Positions 49,224-63,712 of a stretch of 64,000 bases of DNA are shown here, in pieces. Numbering within the stretch: position 1 is the first letter of the stretch; the number at the start of each line of letters is the position of its first letter. The notes under the pieces are model-generated. The model worked only from the letters and a program-made list of their open reading frames with translations. It made no database searches and had not been told where the DNA came from. The DNA comes from Azolla caroliniana (Eukaryota; Plantae; Polypodiophyta), in the NCBI GenBank assembly GCA_043228905.1, contig JBHGNT010000015.1, positions 3,038,001-3,102,000 on the forward strand, in the 5' to 3' direction. Position numbers and translations under genes: made by a program.

Positions 49224-52200
49224 GAATCAAGTGTTGCTCGTCGCTCTACCATCGTTGTTGGATAGCAATATGTTGTTGTTCCCTCAACCCCCTCATAGGT
49301 ATAGGCATAATCATTAAGGTGAGGGAATTCTAATGCTTACCATGTTTCAAATGACACAAAGGGCAACATTGCCTCAATATCCAACAAAGTCAATAGTGGG
49401 ACCTTCCAGTTGTGGCAAGGTAAATATAAAACCCACTATTATGTTCATGCCATGGATCCAATTGCATTCAACGCACTTTAGTTTCTTCCAATTGCATTCT
49501 ACGCCCTTTCGTTTTCTCTAACCACCACTTTTTATTTTCGTCTTGTCAAAAAGAAGTAAGGTTTCTAATGTTAGTGGTCTATGGTCTCCTTTCAACTTAC
49601 TTCCATTTATGAAGAGGGGGGAATCTTTCTCGTTGATTTTCTTAAGTTTACAAGCACATGTTTTTGTGATCTAGGTTATTATATAGGGGCCCTCTCCTCT
49701 TAGTTTTAATTTCTTATTAGGCCACTTGGAGGAGAACATGAGGGTCATCCACCCTTTCTCTATGTCTTTGTCCATAACCTTATTGGCGTGCCTAACTTTG
49801 GTGATTCATTTTCTCAAAAAACAAGGCATGGAATGCTAACAAGTGGGTTTGTATGAATCTTTCTAAGTTTTGGAGGCAAGAAGGTAGGGGGTTACCATCT
49901 CATCTTTTGATGGTTATCCAAAGGCTAGTTAATAAGAACTCCATTGACACGACTTCTTGACTTTAGATGAGCCGAAATGGCGTATGTCATGCGGCTACCT
50001 TATAGGAAGTTTGAAACGCCCTGTGCCATGTGTAATTTATGGCTCCAATATTATCTCTAGGCGATGACTATTTTAGCAAGAACATTACAAAGAAACTAGG
50101 TGGAGCTCTCTACTTGTCCATTTCATCTATGGTAGTAAGGGGACCTTTTCAAATGGATGACCATGAACTCACTTAGGAGGTAAGCTACCCTACCCGTAAG
50201 CTAGAACTTCGTTAAGGAATTAACATCCTCGATCACTTACTACTCTAAGGACCATCCAAAATTCACAATCACGTTTTCATTGATAAATTTCTCCAAGGTC
50301 CTAACGCCATTTTTACTACCTCGTGTCAACTCACTTTGTGTAATTATATGCTACAAGCCTATTACGGGCATGACCATAATTTTATCCTGTGGTGGTTTTT
50401 ACCATAGTATTCTACACACAAGGATAGAAGTGTGAGGGTTTATCGAGAGTGTAAAGAAGGGAGGATTACTTTTAATCATAGGGATTAAGACAATCCATAA
50501 GGGCCAAGTGTGAACTTGCTTGGGGTCTTAGTTTTGGCTATAAATATGAGGCCGTGCTATTCTCATTAACATATAATTCTACTACGTTGAGGTTGTGACC
50601 TTTTGGTGAGCAAACTCTTGTGGCAAGTGCATGCCAGTACTAGGTATGACTCGATGCTATGGCAGTGGTATGGGACACCAATCAATGCTTGGGTCCATCT
50701 CGATTCCTTTGTTCGAGGGTGGTCGAGGGGGGGGGGGGGTGTTTGCGGTAGTAGCACTCATCACATATATTTGACATATTTTCATGTGTCCTAAAAAAGT
50801 GTTGGCCACCATTACCCTACATGAAGGATCTTTCTATAAGTGACTTCTGAAATAAAATGTATCCCTCTACCTTAGTATGGGACCTCGTTGCGACACTAAG
50901 GCTACCTCTAATCATCCTGAATGGTTTGCACTCTCGATAATGGTCAAGCATCTTGTCCTTGCTAAGCTTATGGAATAACAACAATCCTTTTGACACCCCC
51001 ACAAACTAATATGCCCCATAACTTGACAGAGTGCACTCGAGAGTATGCACTCACTAGGTTGGGGGGATATTAAGTACCTATCATACATAGTAACATAGAC
51101 ACCATGGCAATGTACATCAACAAATTCCAACACCATTTACAAGTTCCTATATATCTAGTCTTAGGATTACTATACATCATTGTACATAAAAAGTTGTAAG
51201 CTTTTGGGTAGATAAATTCAAGTTGTAGCTTTCAGGCGTTTTTTCTTAATACTATTGAAGAAAATCTTTCACAAAAAAAAGTAAGAAAGACACCAACATT
51301 TGTATTAATGATGCAACTATAAGAACAAGAGAGAAAAATACATGAAATAATTACAGAGTTAGAGCCTTAGGGTCATCCCAATGTGAAAAGAGGCAATGCC
51401 TTTTATAAAGAACTATAACGGTCACAATTAGACCTTTTTAGTTCTTCTTGATCTTCTAGAATTCTTGCTCCCTTAAGACAATAGCTTGATCCCTCTTTTG
51501 TGTAATAATCCTAATTATTTGAAGCATGGTTGGTCTTAACTACTTGTATTCTCTTTGCTTATTAGGTAGGAAAACCTTTATAGAGATGAGAGTTAGAGTT
51601 CTCTACATCTAGATACGTGAGATTAGCGGCTCAAGTATGCTTAACAACCATTGTTGCCCAACCCACCATCAGTAGGTGTGCAAGGGTTCACACTCTTGGA
51701 CAAACAATCATGACAATGAGGCATAACTCCTTTGGGGAAAGACATGCACTTGGTGAAAGCTCCTAGAGCCAACAAAATCGCACATTGTGTGTTGTTGAAT
51801 CTTTATAAGGGACATCATTTTGAAGAATAACTAGCTCATACAACAACAATTATGTTGCTACATTAAAAATTGTAATATGAGTATGATCGAACTTTTAGTC
51901 GCGTTGATTCCTACGTGAAAGATCATCCAATGTTGTTCTTGGGATTTGCCTATCTTTTGACATATCAAACAACTTTGCATGGGATTAGAATTGTGGTGCC
52001 ATTCGTAAAGGTTGAAATTGTAATTAGGGAAAAGGCCCGAATTTCCCAAACTTCCAAAGTGTTTATCCGTTGTTTTAAAGAATTACCATCACATCCTATG
52101 TGGGTGTAGAATTTCCTGCGATGGACTTGCGAGGTGTGTCTTGTAATTTATGAAAACTTGGGTTCATTATGGTAAGTGCGCAACAAAGTTAGAAGTGCAC

Positions 52201-53357
52201 TCTTGATCCGTCTGTTTTAATGGGTCGAACTTGTCGGGATTTGTTAGAAGCATCTCGGCTTTTTTAATCGATTGTCGGGCAAGCGGAACCAATTGGCCCC
52301 AAAAGTCTATATGACCGACAAAAAGAATCGAGCATTATACGAGCGCTTCCAACATCTGGGGGAGGCGGGGCCCACAGCATCTCAAGCGGTCACATCAGTG
52401 TTAGTCAGTGATCATGGATGTGTCGAGTGATGAGCTGGTAGACGTGACAAATTGTAGTGGGCACGGGCAGGGGGGTCGGGGGAGATGAATGAAGTGAGGT
52501 GAGAGATGAGAGGTGAGACTCATGAGGTGAGATTTTTCTCTCATTTGTGATCCCAATCCAATTGCCTGAGCTTATCCTCAGAAATATAAGTAGCAGACAA
52601 ACAAACAATATACATGTATGTAGATAGGATAACTAGAACACATATTTTTATATTTATTTTTATATTTATTTATTTATTTATTTATTTATTATTATTATTA
52701 TTAAGTCAAAAACTAAAATACTGACCTTCTTCCCCTGCCTCTACCTCTGCTCTGCGCTGCAGCCATGGCGAGCTTCCATTCTCCACCTCCTCCTGCTTTG
52801 TCCACCCCTCCAGGTACGCTTTCTTATACCTCTGGTAATCTCTCTGAACGCTTTTCCTGCCTCCCATCTCTCACTGTTGCCTTGCTTCTTCTGCCTTTAT
52901 TCAACACAGTTTAGGGTTCCCCTGTAGAATCTAAGGCCTTTTCTAAAGATCAACAAGAAAAGAAGGTTCCAAGAACGCCTCGTAATGTGTGGCATTATGA
53001 GATGATAATAACGGTCTTGCCAAACGTTTCTAGCATGTGGTACAAGGTCAGTGTGCATGTATATTCTTGATATGGGGCAAGATCAGTGTGCATGTATATT
53101 GTTGAGGATATCAAGATGATGGTACAGATAAAGCTTCATGGAAATGGTGCAAAATTTATCAAAATGGAATGTATATTTCTAGTGGTGTTTACAGATTAAG
53201 TCTCAGAAGCTACGATTATTCTTTATCATCATACAGAGATACCTTGTTGAAAATTTTGATCATTAAGTATCTGATCGACCACATATATCTTGAAAGCTAT
53301 CAGAACACAACTTCAACGGGGATTCAGCATTATCATGCTTTTGAAAGCATATCATCT

Positions 53358-53359
<2 letters not shown>

Positions 53360-53412
<53 letters not shown>
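53360..53412. repeat. (AG)n microsatellite abutting the probable start codon
   Basis: Direct reading. Confidence 0.95.
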
Positions 53413-53413
<1 letters not shown>

Positions 53414-56400
53414 ATGGGCTACCTGCCTTCAGAAAGAGAAAATGGTCACCGTTTCTCCAAAGAGGCACCTTTGGAGACGCTGATGTCCTCATTGCAATCA
53501 GCAAAGGATTTCATCATTCCGATGGTTTCCTCTTCATTGGTGAGCACAATGGGAAACTGTAATTTGATTTTCAGGATGCCATCAACAGGTTCTGCTATAA
53601 TATCAGGTGAAAATAGTGATATATTTGAAGGATCAACTCAAGGGGAGAATGTACAACCCAAAGCTAAAGAAAACAGAGCTTTACAAATGGATAAGACTTC
53701 AAGTAAACTAGGACAACACCAGCAGCATTGCTTATCAGATTGCTTTGAGTGTCTTTCAAGTCTATGGTCTCATGATGAATTGATTCATGCTAATAGTTTT
53801 CATAACTGTTCTGACAGCGAAAAAATCCATAAAGCCTTTACTTATCAAGAAGGATCAGAAAAACAATTATCTGGCCTTTCAGTGCAGGGTTTGTCCACCT
53901 CTGTCCCAGCATTTTACTGCGTTATGAAACCTAACCATAGTGTTCAGAATATCAGGAATTCCTTCCGTGTTCCAAATACCGAAGATTGTTGTGTATCACA
54001 AAAGCCCACACCATCTATATTTCAGACAATGATGGAACATTGCATTTTCGCAAGCTCAACGTTTTCGAAACACGTTGGACAGGTCATACCTTGGAATGAA
54101 AACATAGTATATAGTATCAACGACTCAAAGAATAGGATGATGGGATATTTGAGCAACACCATTTCCATCAGTGTGATGATTGACCGCAATCAAATTCTTG
54201 GAAAACTACATGAGCAAGTAAAATATCATAAGTCCTTAGGATTTGCAAGGGTTGGTGGGGATCCTAACACCAGTATACCACCTACAACCACTGGTACAGA
54301 GAGATCTTTGGAACCAGAGGAATCTGGCAATACCACTCCTGGAGGTGTTTTCAAGATGCCAATACCAAATATTGAAAGGCTCCGCTCCACCTTGTCCACA
54401 GTTTCTTTGTCAGAACTTATCGAATTTGTTCCACAATTGGGAAAAACGTCTCAAGACTTCCCAGATAAAAAGAAGCTTTTCTCAGTGCAAGATTTCTTCC
54501 GATATACAGAAGCAGAAGGTGAGTGGATGACCTTGAAAATATTAAATACAAATTTCTTCAAATGTTTGGTAGTTTTGCCTAAATTTTGCTTCATTATGGA
54601 TGCACATGTAGAGTGATATCCTCTTTGGTTGACTAATTGTGTAACTTTAAGTCTTTTGCCATCTTTTATTGCTTGACACTTGCTATAAGCTCGTCTAATA
54701 ACAAAATGAAATTATCAATCAATATGCTGATAATATGGGTTTGGATATTCCTCAACTTCTCATGGTTTTGCATAAGTCCAGACAACTCTAACATAAGGAC
54801 AGATAATGGAAATAAACTTCAAAACATCTCCAGATGGTCTTATGTAATATGTATGCAATATTTTGATAGCTCTATATCATTTCTGAGATCTCATGTAGAT
54901 GGATGGAGAACCTAATCTGAGTTTCTGTGTACGAAGTAATTGTCACACTTTTGCCCTGTCTAAAATGCAATGTTTTCTGGAGTGCCATCTCAGTCTAAGC
55001 CAACTATAACTAGGCATTATACATCACCTAAAATCTATCAGCAATGTCTTGACAGTTAATCTCCTACCCTTCTTAGATTTCTTGGGCGTTTGGCGAAGTT
55101 AGTATATCTATAGACTAACGTGGCTAGGCTGCTCTCAATGATTAGATTCACTAAAAGGTTCCTAACTAAGGGCTTTGAACCATTCATATATTTGATGTAT
55201 TCACAATATAATGGGAGGTTGAGAAAGTACGTTTAAGAGACAAATGCAATCTGAACACCACAATAAGAGTCCTCTCGATATAGACTCTTAAAAGTCTGGT
55301 ATGGCCTCATCAATATTGACAAATGAGAATTCAATGCTCCAGTGGCTAATTTATTGATGCCTTGAACAACAGTAGGTTGAACTGTTTTGTATCTCCCTTG
55401 ATTATTTCCATTTAGAGATGTTTAATATAAAAGAGAAGGCTTGTCCCCAAAAGTTACAATTTACAATGATGATCTAAATGTGGTCATAGTTGCAGCACCT
55501 TACAATGATGCACGTATATTTGAACTCAAGTTACAATCGATCATGATGAACTGGTGATATATTCTTTCCCTGTCTGCTTAATTCTCAACTCTGGCATTCC
55601 TTCAGTCATGGTTGTTCTGACAACCTTTTGGCAGCAATGTCAATGAAGCTCACTCATGGTCATTGACAACAGTTGGACTTTTTGTCTGATAACTGCACCT
55701 TCTTGTCCAGCTGAATAGATCTTGGTGCTGATCCTAGTTGATAGTGGCACTGCAGAGGCGGCAGCAGCGATGATCTTACATAAACTTATCGTCTGGTCTC
55801 CCATACACTTGTCACTAGTCTTTGCTATGTAAGGGCATGTTCCTTGTTCTATATAATGGACTGCCTTATTGCAGTTTCTATGTAAGCTTTCTTTGTTGGA
55901 CTTTGGATAGGGAGTTTGGAACATTTCCTTACCTTCTGTACTTGTTGAAATCTTAGACTCGTAAGATGATGGTGGCTTTGCCTTGGCTGTTACCAATTGA
56001 TGACTGGCTGAATAAAATATTCATGAATCTGAAGTGAAATGCATGTTTATGACTTCGAGGAAGCGTTCAACTATAGCTCGCACACGGGTCATTGAAGGGA
56101 GCACAAAGTGGCCCGAAAACACTGCACCGACAACGACGTGCCATTGTCATCGATAGTAATCGTGGTCTTCGCGGTTCACTTGATTCACCTTCACTAGAAG
56201 CTCAAGCCAAGCCCATTGTTCTTCTTGCTTAAGCTTTTAATCTTTGCAAAGGCCACTGTAGTCGTGGCATTATTCACCACCCCTCCTTCGTTCGCCTCCC
56301 GAGTGTTCGCCTCGTTCTTTGAGCTCTAATTGTATAAAAGGAGAATCTCACAAGGAGATCTAGAAGACATTTTGTAAAGATCACCTCAGTAACATTTTGC

Positions 56401-59400
56401 ACTTAAGCGTTCATATCATAAATAAATATGCTAATACAAAGAGACGATTGCCATATCATAGTGAAATAAGGATGTGATGTATCAAAAATAAATCATACGC
56501 TTGATAGTAATTATTCATGTATTTCACTTTATGGGACCTTAAATGACAACTCCTATCCAGGTTAGATAGGTGAATTGGAAGGTGGCCACTCATCTATTGA
56601 AGAGCACACTTATACTGAATGATTCATGGAATATTAGAAATCTATGAATAAGCGAACTTTATAATGGAGTTTCTCACTTCGAAACAGCTTCCTATGGAAG
56701 CGAGAGGAGTCAACATTCTTGATATTTAGTATCTTGATTAAAATTTTCTTGAGGGAATATTTATGAGAAACTTGGTATAACGCCATTAAGGTTATCACAC
56801 TGAAGTATGAGGAGTAAAGTTTGAGTAAAATACTCAAATTTATAAAGAGATTGCCAATTTATAGCTATCAATTGCGATAAAAAGTCCAGGATGTGGAAAA
56901 TAATCACTGCCCAGGAAAATAAAGAAAACTATATCTATGGCTTAGAAAAATATGTGCATTAGCTGAAGAGTCATTATTGAAGTTGAGCATCTTGATTTTT
57001 AGCACGGAACTCAAGATTTCTTAAAAAGGAGAGTCAAGCTTCAACAGGGCATTGCCCTGTTTATCAAAAGGATGATGCCCTGTCGAATCTAGTTCCAGTG
57101 CATTTGGAAGCTGCAAAAGGAGAGTGTGCAATAGTTTTTGAGGAAGATTGGACTCTATTGAAATACAGATCTGGTATGTATGAAGGGAGAAGAATAAAAC
57201 TGCACGTGTGCTGGTTGCTCAGGCTGTATCACATGGTGGCTAAGGCATATGTGCGTAGGGGCCAATTGAGTTCAAGATAAGATGAATATATCATGAGGGT
57301 GAAGAGGAGAAGCAAATTGTGGGTAGCAGGTCCACGGTGTGCCCAAGGAGGAAGCAATAGACAAGTGTGCTATTGGTTCTCATATAATTATATATTATTC
57401 AGAAGTTGTGTCTTTAATTCCTTAAATAACGATAAGAAATGTTTTGAAATTTTAGAATCTCATTCGCACATCTGCAAATCTGATTTGTGTCACTTCCTCT
57501 GTAGGTCTTCAGTGTCTAGAATATTTTGGGCGTTAAGTAAAATCAGGCATGTATATATAAAGAGCTAATTATAGTAGACGTTTGAATTGGTCTTATTCTT
57601 GTTTAGTGTGAGGGTTATTAATGAACATGCGGCTCATGTTTTCATTATGAACTTTCAATTTTTACTCTAAGGAGTGCCAAAGTTAATACATATGAAGGTA
57701 ATGAAAATAAGGCCTGGGATAAATGCACACGTCCATGTGAACTGAATGTAGTAGGATGCTATTTTGAGGAAATATGTTTCTTTTCATCTCCAGAAATTTC
57801 TCATGTATGATATATCTTCATAGGTAGGCGATTCTTTGAGGAGCTTGACAGAGATAATGATGGACAAGTGACTCTTGAAGATCTTGAAGTGGTTATGCGA
57901 AAAAGACGACTTCCCCAGCAATATGCGCGTGAGTTCCTGCGCCGGACAAGAAAACATCTCTTTGCAAAATCGTTTGGTTGGAAAGAGTTCCATTCCCTTA
58001 TGGAGCAGAAAGAACCAATGCTGCTGCGTTCTTATAATTCATTGAGTCTGAGTAAGTCTGGTACACTACAGAAGAATCAAGTATTACTATCACTACGCAA
58101 TGCTGGGCTTCCTGCTACAGAAGAAAATGCAGAAGCAATGATGCGATGTCTTGATCCGGATGCACGTGGCTGTATTGCATATGGGCAGTTTCGAAATTTT
58201 ATGCTTCTTTTACCACCAGAGAGACTTGGAGATGATCCAAGGTGAATCTAACTTCATGTGTTCATGTTAATTTTCTCAGGTCGCATCTAGTAAGTTGCAA
58301 GTGAAGTAAAACATGGCTGTTTCATGCAGGATGGTATGGTTTGAAGCTGCTACAGTCTTTCCTATGGCGCCTCCTGTAGCGGTACCAGCAGAGAATGTGC
58401 TCAAATCAGCTCTGGCAGGAGGATTAGCCTGTGCTCTTTCTACATCCTTAATGCATCCAATTGATACAATGAAGGCATGCTATAAATTTTGTACCCTCTT
58501 TGATGGGTATTGATACATATTTTTAAATGTAAGATTTGTCTTCTGTGATACTCTGGAAAGAAAGCTGTAAGACATCACAAAGCTTGAAGGGTCGATTTGA
58601 TCAGGGAATATTTGGACAGATCGTTGAGACCCCATTCTCTGTCTGCTAGGGCTGAGTGAATCATCGTCTAAGATTAATATTGTCATAGGATTAGGGGATC
58701 ATCATAGTGTTAGGGAATGCATGTAAATTGCCGTCTTGTGCTGTGCATAATTTATTATTATGGATTGTATTTTTTCTGCTTAAGATGTAATGAGTAAGGA
58801 ATTTAATCCCTCTCTATTTAGACATAAATGAAATGAAAACTTTTAATGATTGTTTTTGGACTATGTGATTGTATATTTTGCAGACAAGAGTTCAAGCATC
58901 ATCAACCTTGTCATTTGCGGAGCTCATTTCAAAGCTGCCTGAGATTGGTATTAGAGGTCTTTACAGGGGCTCACTTCCTGCTATTTGGGGACAATTCTCA
59001 AGGTGTGCTGGAATAATTATTTCTTTTTCAATCATTGCATATAAAGCTACATCCATTTAAGTGTTTGTTGTGCAGCCATGGTTTACGAACAGGTATTTTT
59101 GAGGCCAGCAAACTGTTGCTGACAAATCTAGCACCTGATCTTCCTGAGCTACAGGTATTGTAACTATCTATTGCTACAACAGAATGAGAAATATGCTTCT
59201 AATTATTCTCACTGCTCTGCTATTATGTTTGTTTAGGTGCAATCATTGTCATCTTTCTGCAGTACAATACTTGGAACCGCTGTGCGAATTCCATGTGAAG
59301 TTTTGAAGCAGAGGTTGCAGGCTGGTTTATTTGACAATGTAGGGGATGCTCTTATTGGCACATGGAAACAAGATGGACCACAAGGTTTCTTTCGTGGGAC

Positions 59401-59990
59401 TGGGGCTACGCTTTGCCGTGAGGTGCCATTCTATGTTGCGGGCATGGCAATTTATGAGGAAGCAAAAAAGGTAATTGTTATTACATGTAACAATATGTTG
59501 ATGAATTGCCTCATGACCTCATGGTCATTTACATTCAATATGTTGATGAATTACCTCACGACCTCATGGTCATTTACATTCAATATGTTGATGAATTACC
59601 TCACGACCTCATGGTCATTTACATCAATATGTTAATGAATAACGTTATGCCATGAATCATGACATGCCATGTGCCCTTCATCCACAGGCGATGCAGCGGA
59701 TATTAAAGCGTGAATTGTTTCCATGGGAAACCATTGCTGTTGGAGCTATATCAGGAGGGCTAGCGGCAGTTTGTACAACTCCGTTTGATGTGATGAAAAC
59801 TAGAACAATGACAGCAACACCAGGTACATCAACAAAAATGAGCCAGATAGCTCTAACCATCATTCAAGAACAGGGTTTGCTGGGTTTATTCAAAGGAGCT
59901 GTTCCGCGCTTCTTCTGGATTGCACCTCTGGGAGCCATGAATTTTGCTGGCTACGAATTGGCAAAGAGAGCCATGGAAAATGATGAATGA
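53414..59990 (+). CDS. EF-hand-containing mitochondrial substrate carrier family protein; exons 53414-54518, 57824-58241, 58330-58474, 58884-59002, 59076-59154, 59237-59470, 59688-59990
   Basis: PDKKKLFSVQDFFRYTEAEG|RRFFEELDRDNDGQVTLEDL (EF hand); carrier signatures HPIDTMK-TR, IPCEVLKQR, TPFDVMKTR; exon phases join consistently; start codon less certain. Confidence 0.9.
59491..59640. repeat. Intronic 45-bp tandem repeat, three copies plus a partial
   Basis: CAATATGTTGATGAATTACCTCACGACCTCATGGTCATTTACATT. Confidence 0.9.
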
Positions 59991-60749
59991 ATAGTCTAGA
60001 ATAAACAGGCAAACAAAAGAAAGTTTGTCGTATTATAAATGTTTTCAGTTTTGGACAAGCTGCACTCTATTGGTATAATGGAAGCCACATTCGGCAAGAA
60101 GATGTGATGAAGCATCTACTTTTTTCTCAATGCTGTTTCATCTACAAGTTGTAGTTTTCATCTTCTTTTGATCCTTCTAGGGTCCTGAACCCTCTGTTGG
60201 CAGTGTAATGTGGCACTAAAGTGATCACATGGGAACTCAGATTTTCAATGCATAGAAATTAACTTCTGTGAGCTTTTAGGTTATTATGTTTGGTGCTTCG
60301 GACTTTGCAAAGTGTTCCTAGAACGAGAGCCTTGGTGAGCAGCTCACATTAGATTTCTCTAAATTTATTTTGGATTTGCAAATAAACAGTTGTATGTGGT
60401 CGAACAAGATTGATTGGAATCCCATTGAACATGGACTAAGTTACATATTGGAATGGCCCATCACGAGATACTTCACATGCTTTCATGGGGAACTAATTGA
60501 GATTTCAAATAAGATGTTAAATGTGGTATGTGGTGAATACACGATTGGTAGAAATTATATGTCATGTCCAATGCAGGTACAAATTCAGAATATTGACTAT
60601 GTATAACAAATGAAACGGGGCAATTTTAATCCTTCGTTAGGGATATAGCATCCATTTCCTACTTTCTGTTGGTAGAGACTACCAATATGAAGCTGCTATA
60701 CAATCGACCATGTCTCAGAAATGTACATGGAAGCTTCATAGAGAGAGTC

Positions 60750-61680
60750 ATTGAAATTTGTCTTAATTTATTGAAGGAATTTATGGGGCCAAAGTTGATT
60801 ATTAATGATTAAGAGGTGACATATACATGAGTTGATTTTTATAATGTTATTAGAGGTGTTATGAAAGAGGATATTTCTAAGAAGTTGGATGCTAATCTTC
60901 GAGAATAAGAGGTCCAAATGGGAAAGGTCATGGTTGGGATGACATAACAAATGAGGTATTTCAGAAAAATGCATAGATTCTTGGAAGGCCATTTATTCAT
61001 ATGTTTCATTAGTGTTGGGATTCAGGTTTCATGGCAAGTTGGAAGGTGGACCTAATTAAATTATAACCGAATGTACCATCCATCTCTTGAGGCCTTTCAT
61101 CAATGGAGACCAATTTAATTGATCAGGGTGTTTGTGAAGACATTATCAAACTGACTTTAAGAAAGTTTTGCCATAATTTATTCATCAAGCTCAATATGGT
61201 TTTATTTTTTTTCAAATGGCAACATATTATGATCGGCATACAAACCAAGAGTGGTTATGGTGCAATTGGATTTGGAGAAGGCATATGATCATGTCAATTC
61301 ATCTCTTGAGGCCTTTCATCAAATGAGACCAATTTAATCGATCGGGGTGTTTGTGAAGACAATATCAAACTGACTTAACCCATAATTTATTCAGCAAGCT
61401 CAATCTGGTTTTATTTGTTTGTTCAAATGACAACATATTATGATTGGCATACAAACCAAGAGTGGTTATGGTGCAATTGGAATTGGCAAAGGCATATGAT
61501 CATGTCAATTTGTCCTTTATCTCAAGAGTGATGCATAGTATGGGTATTGGATCTCACATGTTTGACTCATATTTCTATTTGGGCAAAATCCTTAACAGCG
61601 TGACCACACCATAAATTCCGCTCACTAATTAGTGCAACAAGGATGTCCTCCCAGTCCTTTGTTATTAATCATCGTGGTGG
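60750..61680 (+). mobile_element. Highly degenerate LINE RT remnant with internal ~219-bp tandem duplication (61081-61510)
   Basis: Residual HQWRPI, IHQAQYG and VQLDLEKAYDHVN motifs resemble the LINE at 14-18 kb. Confidence 0.7.
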
Positions 61681-62419
61681 AATTTTTGAATTGGTGGTGA
61701 TTCAAATTTTTGAAAATATGGAATTCTCCCACAAATGTACTAATAGAGATAAAACCATCAATACTCTTTTTCGTGCGTGGCTTTAATTCACACGCCTTAC
61801 TAGTTAATCTATTACACCAGAGCTCATCTTAGAACATTATCTGCCCACAATGTCAAACAAACTACAGTAATAGAATTAAGTATTAGAACACTCATTTTCC
61901 AGAACTATACAGGGCATGGCCTCAAATTAAGGATAAATCATATAAATCAAAACAAATGTTCTAAGTGTCCAAAAAAATGGGAGACAGCTAGACGGTTCAA
62001 ATACCTTTGACCTGCCTGCCAAACAAAGAAAGAAACCACCTTTGATCAGGAATTGTGCTCTTGCGTCTTCGGCTATTCAAAGCACGAAGCTCCTGGAAAG
62101 AACCAGTGTTTCATTAATATACATTACACAAACACTTGCCTAAGCTTTACTGAAAGCCCAACAGAGAAATGTATGCTTTTAGTTCCTTCTTACAACCTCC
62201 ATGAAGTATGCATAGCAAGTAAAACTTCCTTTCAGACAAGCTTGCTATTCCCATTCAAATTCAACATGTAGACGTCATGAGAATGGGCATCTTCACCATT
62301 TGTACTGCCTACTCAAAATTTACCCAAAGCATGCATATCTTTGATGTGGGCCATTGGCCGAACCAAGCTTAAGAATCTTTCATCTTTTATCTATATATCA
62401 CGTGGTCTGCCCTTTGTGA

Positions 62420-63712
62420 TTATGCATAGTAGTTCAGGTACCACTTAACAAACTTCTTCAACCCACTTTGCAAGTCTGTTGTCGGTTTGTATCCAAGCTC
62501 CAAATGTGCAAGAGTAACATTGGCATGTGTGAATGGAACATCTCCGTTGCCCGGCATTGCCACCATATTCTTTTTTGCCTTGACCTTTAACAACCTTTCT
62601 AATATGTTCACAAGATTGAGCACAGTCACAGGCGAAGTGTTACCCAAGTTGAAGATTCTATACTGCGCTGATCCCTTCTTCTTGCCTCCACTACCTGTGC
62701 TTTTCTTCGCAGTATCGAGAGAAGCCACACAACCTCTCACAATATCATCAATGTATGTAAAATCGCGTGCCAGATCCGCCTCATTCAGTCCCTTATACAC
62801 AGTTATTGGCTTACCCTGCAATATATCCCTCGTGAAAGAGAAGTATGCCATATCAGGGCGACCCCATGGACCATAAACAGTGAAGAACCTCAAGCCAGTT
62901 ATAGAAAGCCCATAGATGTGATTATAGGTGTGTGTTATTTCCTCACCTGCCTTCTTTGTCGCTGCATACAAGCTAGCTGGTCTATCTGTTCTATCAAACT
63001 CTGAAAAAGGAACCTTTGTATTGAGCCCATACACAGAACTTGATGATGCCCATATAACCGCCGGCTGTGGATCAGCGGATTTGCAAGCTTCTAAAAGAGT
63101 AACCAACCCTGCAATGTTGCTGTGTACATAGGAAGAAGGGTTCTCCATGGCATATCGGACACCAGCTTGTGCAGCTAGATGCATCACATGGGTAAAATGT
63201 ACAATGTCAAAAAGCTTCTTTAGTAGGGCAGCGTCATTGATGTCGGCTTCAATAACAAAGATACCGTGACTCTCCACAAGAGCCCTTCTTGCCCTCTTGA
63301 GGGAAGGATCATAGTAACTGTTAAAATTATCTAGGCCAATAACCCCATCACCTCGTTTCTTCAAGGCGAGAGACACATGCATCCCAATGAATCCAGCTGC
63401 CCCGGTCACAAGCACAATGTTGCCATCAGTTCTCTTTGGCCGAGATGAATGTCTGACTTGTTTTTCCCATTGTGGCACTTCCCATGAAGATAGCTTCAAG
63501 GAAATTGTGTTGCTGTTATCACCATCTGAGAGATTATCCAACACAAGCACAACCAATATAAGCACGAGGCTAAAAAGTCCAATTAGCCAAGGGAATGGAT
63601 TGGACATAGCTGGCTGCCAACGATATAAAGACAGTCTTCCAAAATAATTGCTTCTCTCGATCTTGTCCTTCCCTGGAGTGGATGGGAAGTTGTCCAGTAC
63701 CAAAGGAGGCAT
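62420..63712 (-). CDS. GAE1: UDP-D-glucuronate 4-epimerase (GAE1-like), intronless, type II membrane anchor
   Basis: PSTPGK N-terminus, TM segment, VLVTGAAGFIG, HLAAQAGVRYA, WASSSSVYG, YAATKK, FFTVYGPWGRPDMAY. Confidence 0.96.
   Translation of the reverse strand: MPPLVLDNFPSTPGKDKIERSNYFGRLSLYRWQPAMSNPFPWLIGLFSLVLILVVLVLDNLSDGDNSNTISLKLSSWEVPQWEKQVRHSSRPKRTDGNIVLVTGAAGFIGMHVSLALKKRGDGVIGLDNFNSYYDPSLKRARRALVESHGIFVIEADINDAALLKKLFDIVHFTHVMHLAAQAGVRYAMENPSSYVHSNIAGLVTLLEACKSADPQPAVIWASSSSVYGLNTKVPFSEFDRTDRPASLYAATKKAGEEITHTYNHIYGLSITGLRFFTVYGPWGRPDMAYFSFTRDILQGKPITVYKGLNEADLARDFTYIDDIVRGCVASLDTAKKSTGSGGKKKGSAQYRIFNLGNTSPVTVLNLVNILERLLKVKAKKNMVAMPGNGDVPFTHANVTLAHLELGYKPTTDLQSGLKKFVKWYLNYYA

Noticed and set aside
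49224-52300. Possible old retroelement debris
   Set aside because: No diagnostic motif or boundary could be read
55600-57400. Possible TE remnants or extra exons in the 3.3-kb intron
   Set aside because: Flanking exons join in phase without them; sequence too degenerate to classify
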